Source: Amoebophrya sp. A120 (taxonomy: Eukaryota; Protista; Dinoflagellata). Taken from it: a stretch of 64,000 nucleotides of DNA. The notes beneath the pieces are model-generated. The model worked only from the letters and a program-made list of their open reading frames with translations. It was not told where the DNA came from and did not search any database. The position numbers and the translations under genes were made by a program. This document shows, piece by piece, positions 13,319-26,700 of the stretch; position 1 is the stretch's first letter, and the number at the start of each line of letters is the position of its first letter. The stretch is from the NCBI GenBank assembly GCA_905178155.1, contig CAJINV010000017.1, positions 550,722-614,721 of the forward strand, read 5' to 3'.

Positions 13319-14313
13319 GCCTTATCTTGCATGACAGATTTGATCATTGCTTTTTCGAAGTTGAGAAGATTTTCTCTTCCACTGCAATTTCTACCAGACT
13401 GATGCAGATGCTTTCGCAGTGCATAGTGCGCATGACGTACTGAAAGTAGAGGATCAGACGGAAATGGACGTGAAAAAGGAGTCACTAGCCGCGGGAACGG
13501 TGGCAGAGTGAGGTGTTGTGTAGTCGGAACACGAAATTGATGTTGCACGGGAGGGAAGTAAAAAGAGTAGAACGTAGAAGAACTGTCGTGGTTTTGCTTC
13601 GTATAAGCCAAAACCTCAAGCTTGATGAGAATACAGAGACTGATTACGACGGATTTCAACTTATTTAATATCTGTGAATGGGTGGCACATGGCACTGGTG
13701 TTGTTGCGGCTACCCCGATATCGCTATTTTCTCGCAGCTAGGAGGGACCTCTGTACGCATACGTAGAGTTGTCCTCGTCGTTCTTTTGTTTGAAATGAGC
13801 TTGCTCCTGCTACCAGGGCTTTACCACAACGAATAAGACCCCACTGGCCGAGGATCATATTCTGAGCAATTTCGTATGAGGCACTTTGAGTTCGAGTTGT
13901 TCTTTCCTACAAGAAATGAAGCGGCTGTGGGTAAGCTCAAGCTGAAAAATGCTGCCGCCTTTCCGTTGATGGATGCGAGTGGCACTACGTGCGCCCTGCC
14001 CGAGAAACAACTGTAGACCAGAGCAGCAAAGAAGAAGATCATCTCGAAAGGAGAGAAGGAGTGATGCATCGTGGCAAGACGATGGTTCAATTGAACCTAT
14101 TACGCGGATTCTGTGAGTATCGTATCGTTGGGAAGACGAGATTGAGGAGGTGAAATTGTTCGAGCCGAAGCACGTAAAGATGAAGAAGAAGACGCTCTGA
14201 ATTCGACCGCCGAGGCAGTCCTCCTAGATGTTAAGATAGAAGATGAATTCGATAGACCGTGCAGGGGAATAAGTACACTGAATGAAGTCAAAACATAAAA
14301 GCACTTAGAAAAG

Positions 14314-14721
14314 ATGCCCTTCACGCATTTCGCGCACCACATCTCCTCCTTTCTCGACCGGATGGTGACCAGTTTTGCCGAGCAGCAGATTCCGGGGCAG
14401 CGCACTTGCCCCATGAGCACCGTCACCACCTCCAGCACGAAGAAAGTGGATCTGAACGGCGCGATACACCATGCGGAAATTAGCAGACAATTTGCGAACT
14501 CTTTCAAAGACACGACTTTCACCGCGGCGGCCGGGACGCCCCAGGAACACGTGATGAATATTTACTCGCAGTCCGCCGCAAACGCGGTGGCGGAGTTGTC
14601 CAAGGGGATTGACATCATGAAGAAAGAAGGCTACCAAGCAGCCGCACCGCAGGTAGATATGACGGCGGGGCAACGGGCACAAGCAGCCGGGCCAGGAGTC
14701 GGAAACGTGCAGGGATATTAA
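14314..14721 (+). CDS. Hypothetical protein, 135 aa
   Basis: ATG-initiated ORF with GC-rich third codon positions. Confidence 0.55.
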   Translation: MPFTHFAHHISSFLDRMVTSFAEQQIPGQRTCPMSTVTTSSTKKVDLNGAIHHAEISRQFANSFKDTTFTAAAGTPQEHVMNIYSQSAANAVAELSKGIDIMKKEGYQAAAPQVDMTAGQRAQAAGPGVGNVQGY

Positions 14722-15442
14722 CTAGGCGAAAGCATCCATTGTTATTTTCGCATGTCTTGGTTTTCCGTTTTGGTTCCGTCTCAGCGGATGAATATCGACC
14801 TGCACAGGAATTCCCGTAGCTGAGCTAACTTTGCGTTTCGTTCTAACTGATTTTGCGGAATGTTTCAAAGCGAAGACTTGTTTGTCGCATCTCTTATTTC
14901 TGTCTAGTACGAAGTTGCTGCAACAAATACAAACTACGTGGTGCAACTCGTGTGTCGACTCTGTGTCTACGCTCAATCTTCAAAATTCATTCCGTGTTCT
15001 TCGACCGAACAGTTTTCATGTTTCACAGCTTCAGAGTGAATGCCACACTCTTCCTTGCATGAGTGGAGTGAAGTAAGTGTCCAGTGGATGAACTAGAGAG
15101 ACTTTTTGAGCCATCATAGACCACAAGTGCCGTAGTCTAATGTTAATGACACGAACCTCCGCCTACCGGAAAAAAAAAATCTGCATGAAGAGCCAGCAGC
15201 GCGCATCGCCGTCGACCGATTTTCCAAAAACAAATACCAGAATCTCCTGAGCAGCTACATGCACCATACGCATAGTCTAACTCCGGGCGGCTTCTCCGAG
15301 CGATCCGCTTCAAAGACGTCGGTTTAAGGCTAGTTCAGCAATTCAGACTCGACAAGCACTAGCATTAAGTCTCAACTACACGAGGCATCTCTTTTAGAAA
15401 GTAAGTAACTAGTTTTGAACACTTTAATTTTAGTCTTGAAGA

Positions 15443-17158
15443 ATGCAGTGTGTCGCCGGTCTTGACGACCGATACCAAGCTGTTGCTTCGGACATTAAGA
15501 CCTTCCTTACGTCCAACCCTTCGTACGACGACGGCAGCTATGGTCCGTTGTTCATTCGGCTCGCGTGGCACGCCAGTGGAACTTTCGACCAGGCATCCCG
15601 GACGGGGGGGAGCAATGGCGCAACGATGCGGTAAAACCAAGATGCTGCAGCACCTAAGTAGTTGTACTAGTTTCTCGAAGATATAGTGGATTTTAGAAAA
15701 GATGGAAACTGGAGGCGCATTACAAAGCGATTGGCGCGGACCGAAATAGCGAAGGTGGTTGGATGAAACCCGACCGAGAGACAAGAAAACTGATGTAATC
15801 ATATCCATCAGTGTCGTCAATCTGATCATGCTCTGTCAACGAATTTGAACCCATTTATCAGATTCGCGCCCGAGTGCAGCGACGACGCAAATGCGGGATT
15901 GGATTTGGCAAGGAAATTGTTGCTGGACAACATCAAAAGCAAACACAGCTGGATATCTTTAGCGGACTTGTGGATATTAGCTTCCTACGTTGCCATCGAA
16001 GCCAGTAACGGGCCAGTGATGCAGTTCCGACCGGGGAGGACGGATGTACGTCGATTTATTTTTTGTTGCTGCTTTTCCTTGTCATCTGCATCTGGATCTG
16101 CTCAACTACCTCTTGACTCAACAACACGCAGCACTAGGATTAAGACCGAAACGCATCAGATATTTCCTAGTTTATTTCATGGTAATCTGAGTTTGGCGCA
16201 CAACTGCGAGGAAACGTCAAAGCTTCATCTGCGCAATGGAAAACAAATGATCAAAACGAAACCAGGCCCCGAACGCCGAATCAGCCAAAATTCCGCCAAA
16301 TGGGAGACTACCGGATGCTGCGATTGACTACAATGTCCAAGAAAACGTGATCAAGCACATCCGACATGTAGAAAATTACGCCGGTTAATTTTTGAGTCTG
16401 TGTACACTGTTGATACTTTTCTCGATGATTCAGTAGACGCATGATTGATAAGCCGTACGAAACAAACTGATAGAACTCGTCTACTCTGGAACATGACAAG
16501 GACTAAAAGCGTGAAAAGATGAACCGCTGGCGTACTTCACGCTCACAGGTCTTCCAAACGCAGATGGGGTTTACCGATAACGAGCTCGTTGCTCTCATTG
16601 CCGGCGGCCACGCTTACGGTCGATGCCACCGGGATAGATCCGGATTTAACGGGCCGTGGACCAACAGACCGACGAACTTTTCTAACATTTACTGCATCCG
16701 ACTGCTGAAGGACAAATGGACGCCAGTAGACGGCGTCAAGGATCTGGGACAGTCAAAGTGCCCCATTGCTCCCATCTTGGGCAATAAACAGTATTGAGTA
16801 TGGTTTTATTTTTTTCTCGGCGTCCTGTCTAGGTGCTGTGCTGAATTATTATTATATGCAACCAACACAAATGCATGCTTGTTGGTCCTGCAAGTAGGAG
16901 TGAGAATGAGTTGTGTCCACGACCTTCAATAGTCTTCAAAACAATATTAAAACGAAGTCGATCAACAGGTATGTCAACCGGCAGGGCGAAGGCGACCTGA
17001 TGATGCTGTACACGGATATGGCCATGGTGTGGGATCCGGCGTGGAAGGCGCAGATTGAAGTGTACTCGAAAAACGCCAAGCAACTGAAGGACGACTTCGG
17101 GAAGGTGTTCAAAAAACTCACGGAATTGAATTTCCCAGCACCAGGAACCAAATTGTAA
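15443..17158 (+). CDS. Class I heme peroxidase (ascorbate/cytochrome c peroxidase family), 5 exons
   Basis: Motifs [75 protein letters not shown] and LMMLYTD, joined by GT-AG introns. Confidence 0.93.
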
Positions 17159-18498
17159 AATTTCATTTTCATCTAACTCCAGCTGCGTGTGTATTTCAGC
17201 TACCAATGACAATAAAGTACACGAACTGGAACTGCCAGGGCAGAAATGCTGTGCAATCCCATTTATTCTTGATGAAATCGAACAATTATTGTTTCAGTTG
17301 TGTTGACACCAGCTGCAAAAATCTACTTCTCGTTAAAAGTGTATGCTGTGACGTAGATTTTTCGCGCAAAGTTTTCCTTTTCCATTTTCCTAGCCCACCC
17401 GATGAATCTGTGGCAACACTCCAGGCCACCATTCGCATCCGAACGATAAAAATGAGCAGCCCTAGAGTCAGTTTCATGAAGTCCGTATGTATGAGTATCT
17501 TCAGTATGTCCTCGAGCTCGAACTGCTAATGGATGAGCTGGAGAAGCAAGCACTGAAAATGCATCTGTTCGAATATTAAGCAAAAGTTCTTTTATGTAGT
17601 CGTAGGAACAAACCAATTCAAAAATGTTGAACTTGAATGAACTTCCGTGAATGAATACGAATAATTGAGAATCCATTTTCTCTTTGCACACGGAAAATCA
17701 AAACAGCGAGACGCCACGAAGTGTCTTGTTTCGTGCAGACAGATTCATGAAGATTCACGCTCATGGCAAAGTCAAGCAGAAGCTGACATATATCAATTTT
17801 GCAGCATAATTATGTGGCTGCTTCCACTTCGGAGGCACGCAGTCAGCCCTCGGCACACACCAACTAGTGTTCAGGGCATCCTGCCGCCAAGAGTATTGTG
17901 CTAGGTTTTGCGTTATTAGGAAACTGTCAATGAGAAGTCTGATTCTATTTCTACTCCGGCAGTTTTCTTACAAAGTGATATATATTCTATTCGTTCGCAA
18001 GTTCGTGCGCTTTACTGGCCATGATTTCGTCCGAAAGTCAAATCGCTTGCCTCGTCGTCGTTCTCAGCCTGAGTTTATTTGGCGTATTAACGTAAGTCGT
18101 CCTAAGCCTAACTATTGAGTTGCATCGTTCCGCAGAGAGAAAAACAGGCTGACGAGCGATAGAGAACTTGTTTGACCCTGTTCGTGGTCACCGAGCGACG
18201 TCACAACTTCGTCAGCACCCAAAGCAGGAGTATAGGCGAGAAGGTGAAAAATTATCTCCACCACCAGATTATTTAACGTACTCTAGAAGGAGAACAAGCG
18301 AAGCAGCTCCAGCTTCACCCCCCGGATCTTAGGCAGTCGCGACAGCCATTGCCATGTCGCGCCTTATGGGGTGCGCCTGAAATCTAGTTGAAGCTGCTGC
18401 TTTTCTCGGCAACTTTACCTCTAGCGTTTTATCGTAGTTGTCAAGAACAATCTGTATTATTATTTGTCACTGAGAATACAAGAAGAGCCAAATAAATA

Positions 18499-19609
18499 AT
18501 GTCGAAAGCCAACAAGGCCGCGTCTTCGGACAAACCGGTGCAACTTCCACGAAACGAGAAGGGCGGCATTCTGATCGGGGAGAAGGAGCTGAAAGTCGCA
18601 TGGGACTTTTTCGACCAGAAGGGCACCGGGAAAATATCCGCGCACGAAATCAAGAAGAGACTAGCGGTGTTCTACAAGAATGTTTCGGTGAAGGAAATCC
18701 GCTACCTGCTCAACAACCAATCGGAGATAACATTTGACGAGCTGTATAGATTCCAACCACTTTTTTGTTCTGCTTCTACAGCCCTTTTCTATTTCGAAAC
18801 TTCAATTTTCGCTCCTGCCTCATTCGATTGTTTTGCATGATGCACGGTGGAGCTGCAGCTGCATTCATCGTTTTCTTGCATCAGAAAATTGCAAATCTTC
18901 CCCAAATTTTTATTTCGTACACATGACTAGCAAATAAAAACTAAAACATAAATACAGCCGAGATCTTCTGAAAGACAACACACTCAAGAACGTCGACCCA
19001 GTAAAGGACGCGTTTCGAGTCTACGATCCAAACGACACGGGAGAAATTGACATCGGGGTATACATTATTCAGTATCAAAACTCGGCAGAAGCACGTACTT
19101 AGTGTTAGTACCACTAGTGTCAGTGATCTTGACTGCTTTAGTATCGCCTCTCCATGCCTGGCGTGCATTCATGTTCAGTTCACGCTGATGAAATTTGTAT
19201 TGCGCGATAAAAAAACTAAAACGAGCAGGTAATCCAGGAATTGTTTCAGGGCTTGGGATTCGGAGAGATATCAGACGAAGATGCGCAGTTCATAAAGGAA
19301 ATGGCGGACGCCGACGGGGTACTAACGCAAAAATTACATCAAATATCTGAACCTTGAACTCCATCATGATTACCGTTCTTATCCTCTACTTTTCGTTTTC
19401 ATATGCAAGGCTATAGGCTGCATGACTTGTTGCCGGCGTCAGAAAATCATTCATCAAGAACATGAAAAACAAAAAATCAACAGGATGGAAGAATAACGCT
19501 AGAAGACTTCCGGCAAATGGTTCCATTTGGCAAGGTGCAGAAGCCCGTGACCGAGCCCAAGAAGGAAGAGCCGAAAAAAGAAGAGCCGAAGAAGGAAGAG
19601 GCGGCGTGA
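18499..19609 (+). CDS. Calmodulin/centrin-like EF-hand protein, 4 exons
   Basis: EF-hands FDQKGTGKISAHE, YDPNDTGEIDIG and ADADGDGRITLEDF across GT-AG introns; stop TGA at 19607-19609. Confidence 0.88.
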
Positions 19610-20334
19610 GTTTGTGGCTGTCTCATTTCACTGCTCCTTGTTGAGCCTGCACTAATACTTGTATCAAGCGCTTTTGATGAGCTTCACACACTCCTTCGCA
19701 CACTGGTGGATCACCATGAGAGCTGCTGTGAACCCCGCAAGTAGCTGGGCTAGCATTTATTCCTCGTCGGTATTCAACGGAATGTGCCCTGAAATATTCA
19801 ACTTTCGTTGAGAATAAAGCGAAGCTTCTGCTATGCAGTACGGATGATACGAAAGATTGTTTTGGAGTGAAAGCTAAATCAAAGAAACGAAACTGTAGGA
19901 ATTCTTCATCATCGAAGAAAATAGGCGGATATCAATTGGAGTGTTCCCATTCCTGTTTTTGCTTCGAGCTTTTGCGTTGTGATTTCTGCAACGCAAAACG
20001 TAAAAGATTTTTGGTGAGGTGCATGGCTATTGTTACAACACAAAAGAACATTCCAATTGTTACCTATGCGATCTCGATCTGCTTCTGCACATGAACATGA
20101 TCACCTTTCCCTTGTAGATTGGTATCCCCGCGATCACACGTTTCGCTGCCAAGCCATTGCGTCCAACGAGGCAGGACCCAATTATGCGAGAATCCAGATC
20201 GTTGTTTTTTTTTCTGTCGCGGTAAAACACCCACGACGACAGAAGGAAGTTAAGTAGTACCCCACCTCCACCTTCTTGAAAGCCCAGTTTAATACATCAA
20301 GCTCCCCTACATATTTTCAGACGAAAAGTAAAGG

Positions 20335-22487
20335 ATGTTGGTCGCGCGAACAGCCACCGTGAGCAGTTCAGCCCGTTTGGGCAATCGTCTCGTTTCTTCC
20401 TGCTCAAGGGAACTTCCACGACAAGCGTCCGGGTTGGGTGCAGCTTTAGCAGAGCCAACTACATTGCGCTGTCAGTTATACTTTGGCAAAAATTCTGGTG
20501 CTGCCGAGACCTGCAGCAGTGCTTCGAGCAGCAGGCCATCAACCTCGTTGAACACGAGCATATTCACAAAAAATCCCCGGTCTGGTACAACACATAGCAG
20601 GAGATCTCTGGCAACCTTGACGGAAGTTGCGTCCTCTCAAGAACATGATCATGCAAGAAGAGCCACTGCAGAAGACGGAAAATCAAGAACTGCAACGCCT
20701 ACTACACCTGGTGCTGCATCATCGACATCAAGTAGTTTCAGTTCCTCGACGTCCTCCCAGAGTAGATCAACAGCCTCCTCCAACACAGCGGCACTGAACA
20801 AAAAGCTGGATGATCTGTTGGCAGAAGCACGCTATGAAATGTAAAAATGTCTGGGTCTGGGAACTTGTGATGCTGGGTAGCGTCTCATGATGAGGCTACA
20901 AATGCTGGCTCAGCATGACAAGTTTCTGAGCTTCTAGGTGTTGCCTATTCTGCATGACAGACTGCGCTTCTGCATCACAGAAAAACGCAGCTCTGGGGTA
21001 ACGTGCGTGACAGATTTAAGAGTCATGCCAGACAAGCATGACAAACATGAATTCTTCCAGACCCAGACATTTTTACAGTTGATACACGCACACACTTCGT
21101 GCATCAACGTTACGACGAGTGTCTGGAATCGAACCGAACGGTGATAAACCTGTACCGCGAAGAGCATCAAGCTGAGCTGCAGGAGGTAAAGCTACAGGGT
21201 GTAGTTGGAAATGCAACAGGATCCTCGTCCACCGCTAAAGACGCGACCTGGGAGCGCGCCGCCGCGGCGCACGTCAACAGCGCGTTTGTGTGCAAAATTT
21301 TGTGCAAGTTTGAGGAAGGGATGGCCCTGGTGCGAGGAGCGTTGCCTCTGTTCGAACAGCACTACAGCGAGTACAAACGGGAATTCGCTCAGGCGCACGA
21401 TTTGCTCGCGGAATTACTGCTGAACGCGTCACTGCACTACAACAAAGCTGATCCGCAGTCGATGTTGGAAGGACAAACCGGTAGTGCTAGTGCTACAGTA
21501 GAGGAACCTAGTAGTACTTCTGCGCGCGCAGGAGATGCTCTGCGCGAGGCGGAGAAGCTCGTCCTCAAGGCTTTGGAGATCAAAAGCGACTACCTCCCGT
21601 CCGAGCAGAACACGCTGGGAAGTCCCGAGCGCGCAACGAGCTACAACCTGCTCGGGCGGTGTTACGAGCTGCAGGGGGACTTGGGAAAGGCGATGGCAAA
21701 CTACTGCAAAGCGTTCGAAAGCAGTTACGATGGCAGAATGGTATTGAATAACGAGCAGGAGAACCAGAAAAACCAGACGAAGCAAAAGCCCCTCATTCAC
21801 CCCGTTGCGTGCGCGAGCTTGAGCAACTACGCGTCGTGTTTGCAGGAGCAGGGGAACTACGAGGCAGCGATGGGTGTGTACGAACGAATTCTGGAATTTT
21901 TGGAAATAAAGGCTGCCGCGGGCGGTGAGAAGGATGTAGTTGCAGCTGAAATTAGAACATCAGCTACCTCAGAGCAGGGAGGCGGCACTACTTCTACTAC
22001 ATCACAACTAATGAAGCAACAAGAAAAGCAGACGCACATGGAGGCGGAAACCCACCTTGCCCTGGGTGTGGCGGCTATGGGTGCGCGCATGAAGGACAAG
22101 AGCGCCTACCACCTGCAGGTGGCGCTTTCCTTGCACACCAACCTGTTTCCCTCCGGGCTCTCCGGCATGGAATCCCAGCCAGTGCAAAACATTTTGTCGC
22201 TGCTGATGCGGCTGAAGCAGGTGGAAAACACGAAGACGGATTTGGACCAGAAGCAGGAATGGATTGAGCAAGGGCACAAGCTTGTAGACGAGCTCTGCCG
22301 AAAGCAGCAAGTGACGTACGTGGAGTATGCGGAGAAAGAACGACGAGGAAAGAACTTGCTGAGTGTCAGCGGGGAAAGCCGGTATTTCGATCACGCGGGG
22401 CACGTAGGTCACGGACCCAGGGGAGATTCTGTTCGGCTTCGTGCAGACAATTACTTCCTGCCGTCGGAAGCAGAAACGGGCAGATGA
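20335..22487 (+). CDS. TPR-repeat protein with R/S-rich N-terminus (possible organellar transit peptide); one introner intron
   Basis: Exons 20335-20832 and 21090-22487 join as ...LLAEAR|THFVHQRY. TPR-like helices ATSYNLLGRCYELQGDLGKAMANY and ASLSNYASCLQEQGNYEAAMGVYERIL. Confidence 0.8.
20833..21084. mobile_element. Introner/MITE family A, 252 bp, TSD CACGC
   Basis: TIRs TATGAAATGTAAAAATGTCTGGGTCTGG ... CCAGACCCAGACATTTTTACAGTTGATA; CACGC on both sides; removal restores the frame. Confidence 0.92.
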
Positions 22488-23718
22488 CAGTGTTGTTGGG
22501 ATGATATAAATATTGTTATGTTGGAGGAGTATGGGGGTCGTGTGGCGCTTCTGGCACGATGACTCATTCATTGCATTGGACAACGTCCATGCATTCAGAA
22601 AATTTTCTTACCCACAATAACTTGATATCTACGTCATCAAGTGTTGTTGAGTCAAAGGCTGAATTTGATTTTTTTTTCATATAGTGTATGTGTTTTAAAT
22701 CAAAATCACGGTCAGAGGCTCTGCTTTTCCCAGTTCAAACTTCTTCGCTGTTTGTTCAAAGAAGCAAATTTTCAGGTTTGTGTCCTCATTGGTGCTGTCA
22801 CCGTTGTTTCGAGATCATCTACAACAGCTCTTTCGGATCACAGGGCTGCATGTTGAGCTGCCGAATTTAGTAATAATCCCACGGACCTGCTCTTTAAATT
22901 CGAAGTTTTTACACGGACTTGAAAAAATTTGTGAAGATCCAAAAAAAGAGTATTGGCTACCTGGCATGATTTCGGAACTCGTTTGGTCCTAATGTGAAGG
23001 TAGTGAAATGATGTTTGAGCTGTCTTTTGGACGATTACAAATCGCTTGTGATGCTTCAAGATCACCTTTTTGCTGTGCAAGATCAGCTTGAAATTATTTG
23101 AATTAAGAAGCATGCCATCATATATAAAAAAGTTGTTCAAAATTTTCCTAAAGCGTATAAGTGTCTTTCATGCGACGACATCAAAAATAAAACACACCGG
23201 AAATTAAATGTAAAACAGCACGGCGACATTGACATACATACGGGCTAGTGATGTCTACATAGAAGCCGCATCTTTAGAAAGGCCGAAAATCCAGACCTAG
23301 TTGTGAAGTTTGGGGTTCTGGTTTTCAAACATATTATCACTCCTCTGTGAAGATTCTCCCGTCCTTCTAAATTAAAATGAGTTCAGCAGCAGCAACCATG
23401 CCAAAATGATGCTACCATCAACCCGCAATATCAGTAGGGACATCGTGAAGCTGAAGTACAACTCCTGAAGAATTGGACTTTATCCCGGAGGGGGAGGACG
23501 CACACGGTTTTCTCCCGGTAGGAGCTCCAGCCGCGAACTCGAAGACGAGAAAAGTCCATACATCACTCAGCTCAACACGACCACCCAAGAACTTGTTCTC
23601 CAACTGGACCACAAGTTCCGCCTACACTTCTGCCAGCAGCACTGCGGAACAACAAGAGTGAGTCAACACAGAACAACTACAACCAGCGACCTTGAAAAAG
23701 AAATAATCAAACTCGAAG

Positions 23719-26700
23719 ATGTCGAATCCTTTCACCCCTGCGCACAGCAACATGGACGTGACTCCGGCCCATAGCATCAATATGGATGTCACGCCGGCGC
23801 ACAGCGCCCTCGCGGACGACGAACTCGAGTTCGTCGACGCCGACCGCAGCGATGTGCACATGGGGGACGAGGAAGAGTTGCAGTTCGTGGATAATCAGGA
23901 GGGCGAACAGGTACTAGAAGAAGATCCTCAACAGGGCGCGGAGCAGCGACAGCACGAGATGAATTTGGTGCAAAACGGCGTGATACCACCACCTTCGGGA
24001 GGTACTACTGGCGGAGATGACGCGGTCCTCGCCGACGAGGTACTACACCCTGCCCGGTCGCGGTCTCACAGTCGCAAAAAGCGGGAGAAGAAGCGGCTGG
24101 AGAAGCAAAACCAGCTGGATTTGCTCCTTCTGGAGCACGAAGCGCTGAGTTTAATCGGCGGTAGCGACGCTGAGGGGCTCACGACTCTGGCGCACCGGGT
24201 GACAAACAAGATCAGGTCTCTCGGGCATCTCGTGCAGGACGAAATCGAAATCCTGGTGCCCAAGACCACACAAGATAACGGGTACGGTGTTTATGTTTTT
24301 TTGATGAAGACGATTCTCTGACTGACGAGAGGACAACAGCGCGCTATGTATTATCCCTGCGACTTCATCTCATCTGGTCGTTTATATTTTTTCTTGCGCA
24401 CCGGCACCGCAAACAAGAAGTACTAGATGTATCTCTCTATTGATTCCCAATATTCGAAACTGAATTTTCCTTGCATGATCGCCAAAAGCAAAGTCTAAAA
24501 ATAACAACGCACAGCAAGCACCGGCGGATGCTGTTCAAGAACGTGCCCGCTTCCCAGCACGCGCTCGCGCTCTCCGAGATTTTGCCGCTGGTTTCCTACG
24601 CATTGCAGAAGAAGCGGGAAGATTCTGGGCGAGAGGAGTACGTGAGCATAAAGAGCAACAACGCGCCAGCCACCAGCAGCACCAGCGCGGCAGCACCTGA
24701 CACGACCGCAGCGGGAGGACCCGCCTCCAGTGCCGGCTCACTCCCGGGCGGCGGTGGTCTGAAAACGCCCGACAATGGGAGCATCGGCGGGGCGGGCGGT
24801 CTCAACTTTCAACAAGCAGGAGGATCTATTACAATGAAAAATGCCCCCACCCCCGAACTTGAAAGCATTTGTATTGCAAATCTTTCCAAATGAAACATTC
24901 GCCCTCTTGCGTGTATCAGCATCACAGAGTTCCGATCGTGAATAGCAAAAATGTGTATTGCAAAAGATCCCAGCAAGAGCGGTGCTTGTCATGCAAGCGA
25001 TGCGAAACACGACTAGAATCTGCATCAGAAAGATTCTTACTCCTTTCATGCATGACAAAAAGCTTTCATTTGGAAACTTCGCATCACAAATTGTTGCAAT
25101 TTCAGGGGTGGGGGGTATTTTTCACTGTGATAGGATCTTCGACATCTTTGCTGGTAAACGAAACGTATCAAATGTAAAAATGTCTGGGTCTGGAAGAATG
25201 CGCGATTTGTCATGCAGCTTTTCCATGACCCATGAGGCCTGGAATGCAGGACCTAGCATGACAGATTCTGCGCGATCTCTCTCATGCCTATTCTGCATGA
25301 GAAACTCCCTCCCGACTTGGTCAAAACTGGACGACTTTTGGTAATTATGCAACACAGATTTTTGCATGCTGCAGATTTAGCATGACAAGTTACATCCTTC
25401 CAGACCCAGACATTTTTACATTTGATAAAACGAGCACCTTTCCAATTCCAGCGAGAGGAGGCACAGCGACTAACCACTCAATAGGCTTCAACAGCAATAT
25501 GCCCGGAATAGATGGTCAACAGCCACCGCTTGACCAGTCCGGCCTCCAGAGCAACCCACCAATACAAGAGCAAAACGCGGGTGGCAGCTTCCGCGATGTT
25601 GATAATAGGATGTCAATGGAAAGAAGTCGGGAGCGAAGCCGCAATCGCCACAGCATGCCCCGACGAGGCTCGGGCGGCGATCTGCAGGAAGATTCGCACT
25701 CTGGAGCGGGGGGCGGCGAGGGCAAACCGCTGAAGGGCGACGGAGATAAACCTTACATCGGGTATATTCGTAACTGTAGGAAATAAATTCTAGAGGAAAA
25801 TCAAAGTTGAAGAGTTACCCACCAACTACTCCATTCAAAAAAATCAAAGTCGAAAGTAATTTTAGTATACTTACGGAATTTACTTGAACGAAAAAAAATT
25901 GCAATTGGAATTCAATATCCTTGGCTCTTTTTCAACATCACAGCAATTGGGAGCGCGGTAGGACTTTCGGCCTAGAGAAGGGCGAAATACAAAAAGTGTT
26001 GACGGTAACTGTCGACAAAATAGGGCTGCTTATCGGTCGAGGCGGGTCAAAAGTGAAAGAAATACAGGAGTCAACAGGTACGGCAAATACGGTCGTGATG
26101 ATTTGATTGTGAAATTGTTGTGGACAAGAAGAAGATATTATAGAAGATTTTTTTCTTCATACGTCATAAAAAATGCAATCTCAAAATTATCCCAGGCGCC
26201 GAGGTCGTGATCGAGCCGACGGACTACCGCACCGACCCCCCTTCCACGAAGGTGAGAGTGACCGGAGCCATCGACAAAGTCGAGAAGGCGGTTGGCATAC
26301 TAGAAGAAATTCTCGCCTGGGCAGCGGCACACCCCCGGGAGGAAGCCGGTATTGAAAAACTGCTACTGTTTGAACGTGGTAGAATAGTAGATTTTTTGTC
26401 GCACAGTTCTGTCTCTGTGCCTTTATTGCAGGAGCAACTTAGTATCGAGATCGACTCTGACACTGAGTTGTTGATTACTTGCAATTACGGCTGCATAAAT
26501 CTACTTTGACCTGCTTCCACTGACCCATAATTTTTGCCAGGTAAAAAAATGGAAGTGAATTTACACCACGTGCCGAAGCTCCTGCGTTTAAGCGCAGTGG
26601 AATACAACGATCAGCACCCGCTGTACCACATCGGCAAGATCTCCTCGAGCATGACCGGCGCCGAAAACTTGAAGGTGATCGAGGAAGAATCCGGCGCCGA

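Noticed and set aside
15100-15120. Possible dinoflagellate spliced-leader relic (TTGAGCCA, minus strand)
   Set aside because: Only ~8 nt match and the orientation is opposite to the genes.
20833-21084. Tc1/mariner interpretation with a TA target duplication
   Set aside because: Removing the element with a TA TSD shifts the frame. The 5-bp CACGC repeat explains the flanks and restores the frame, so the TA belongs to the TIR.
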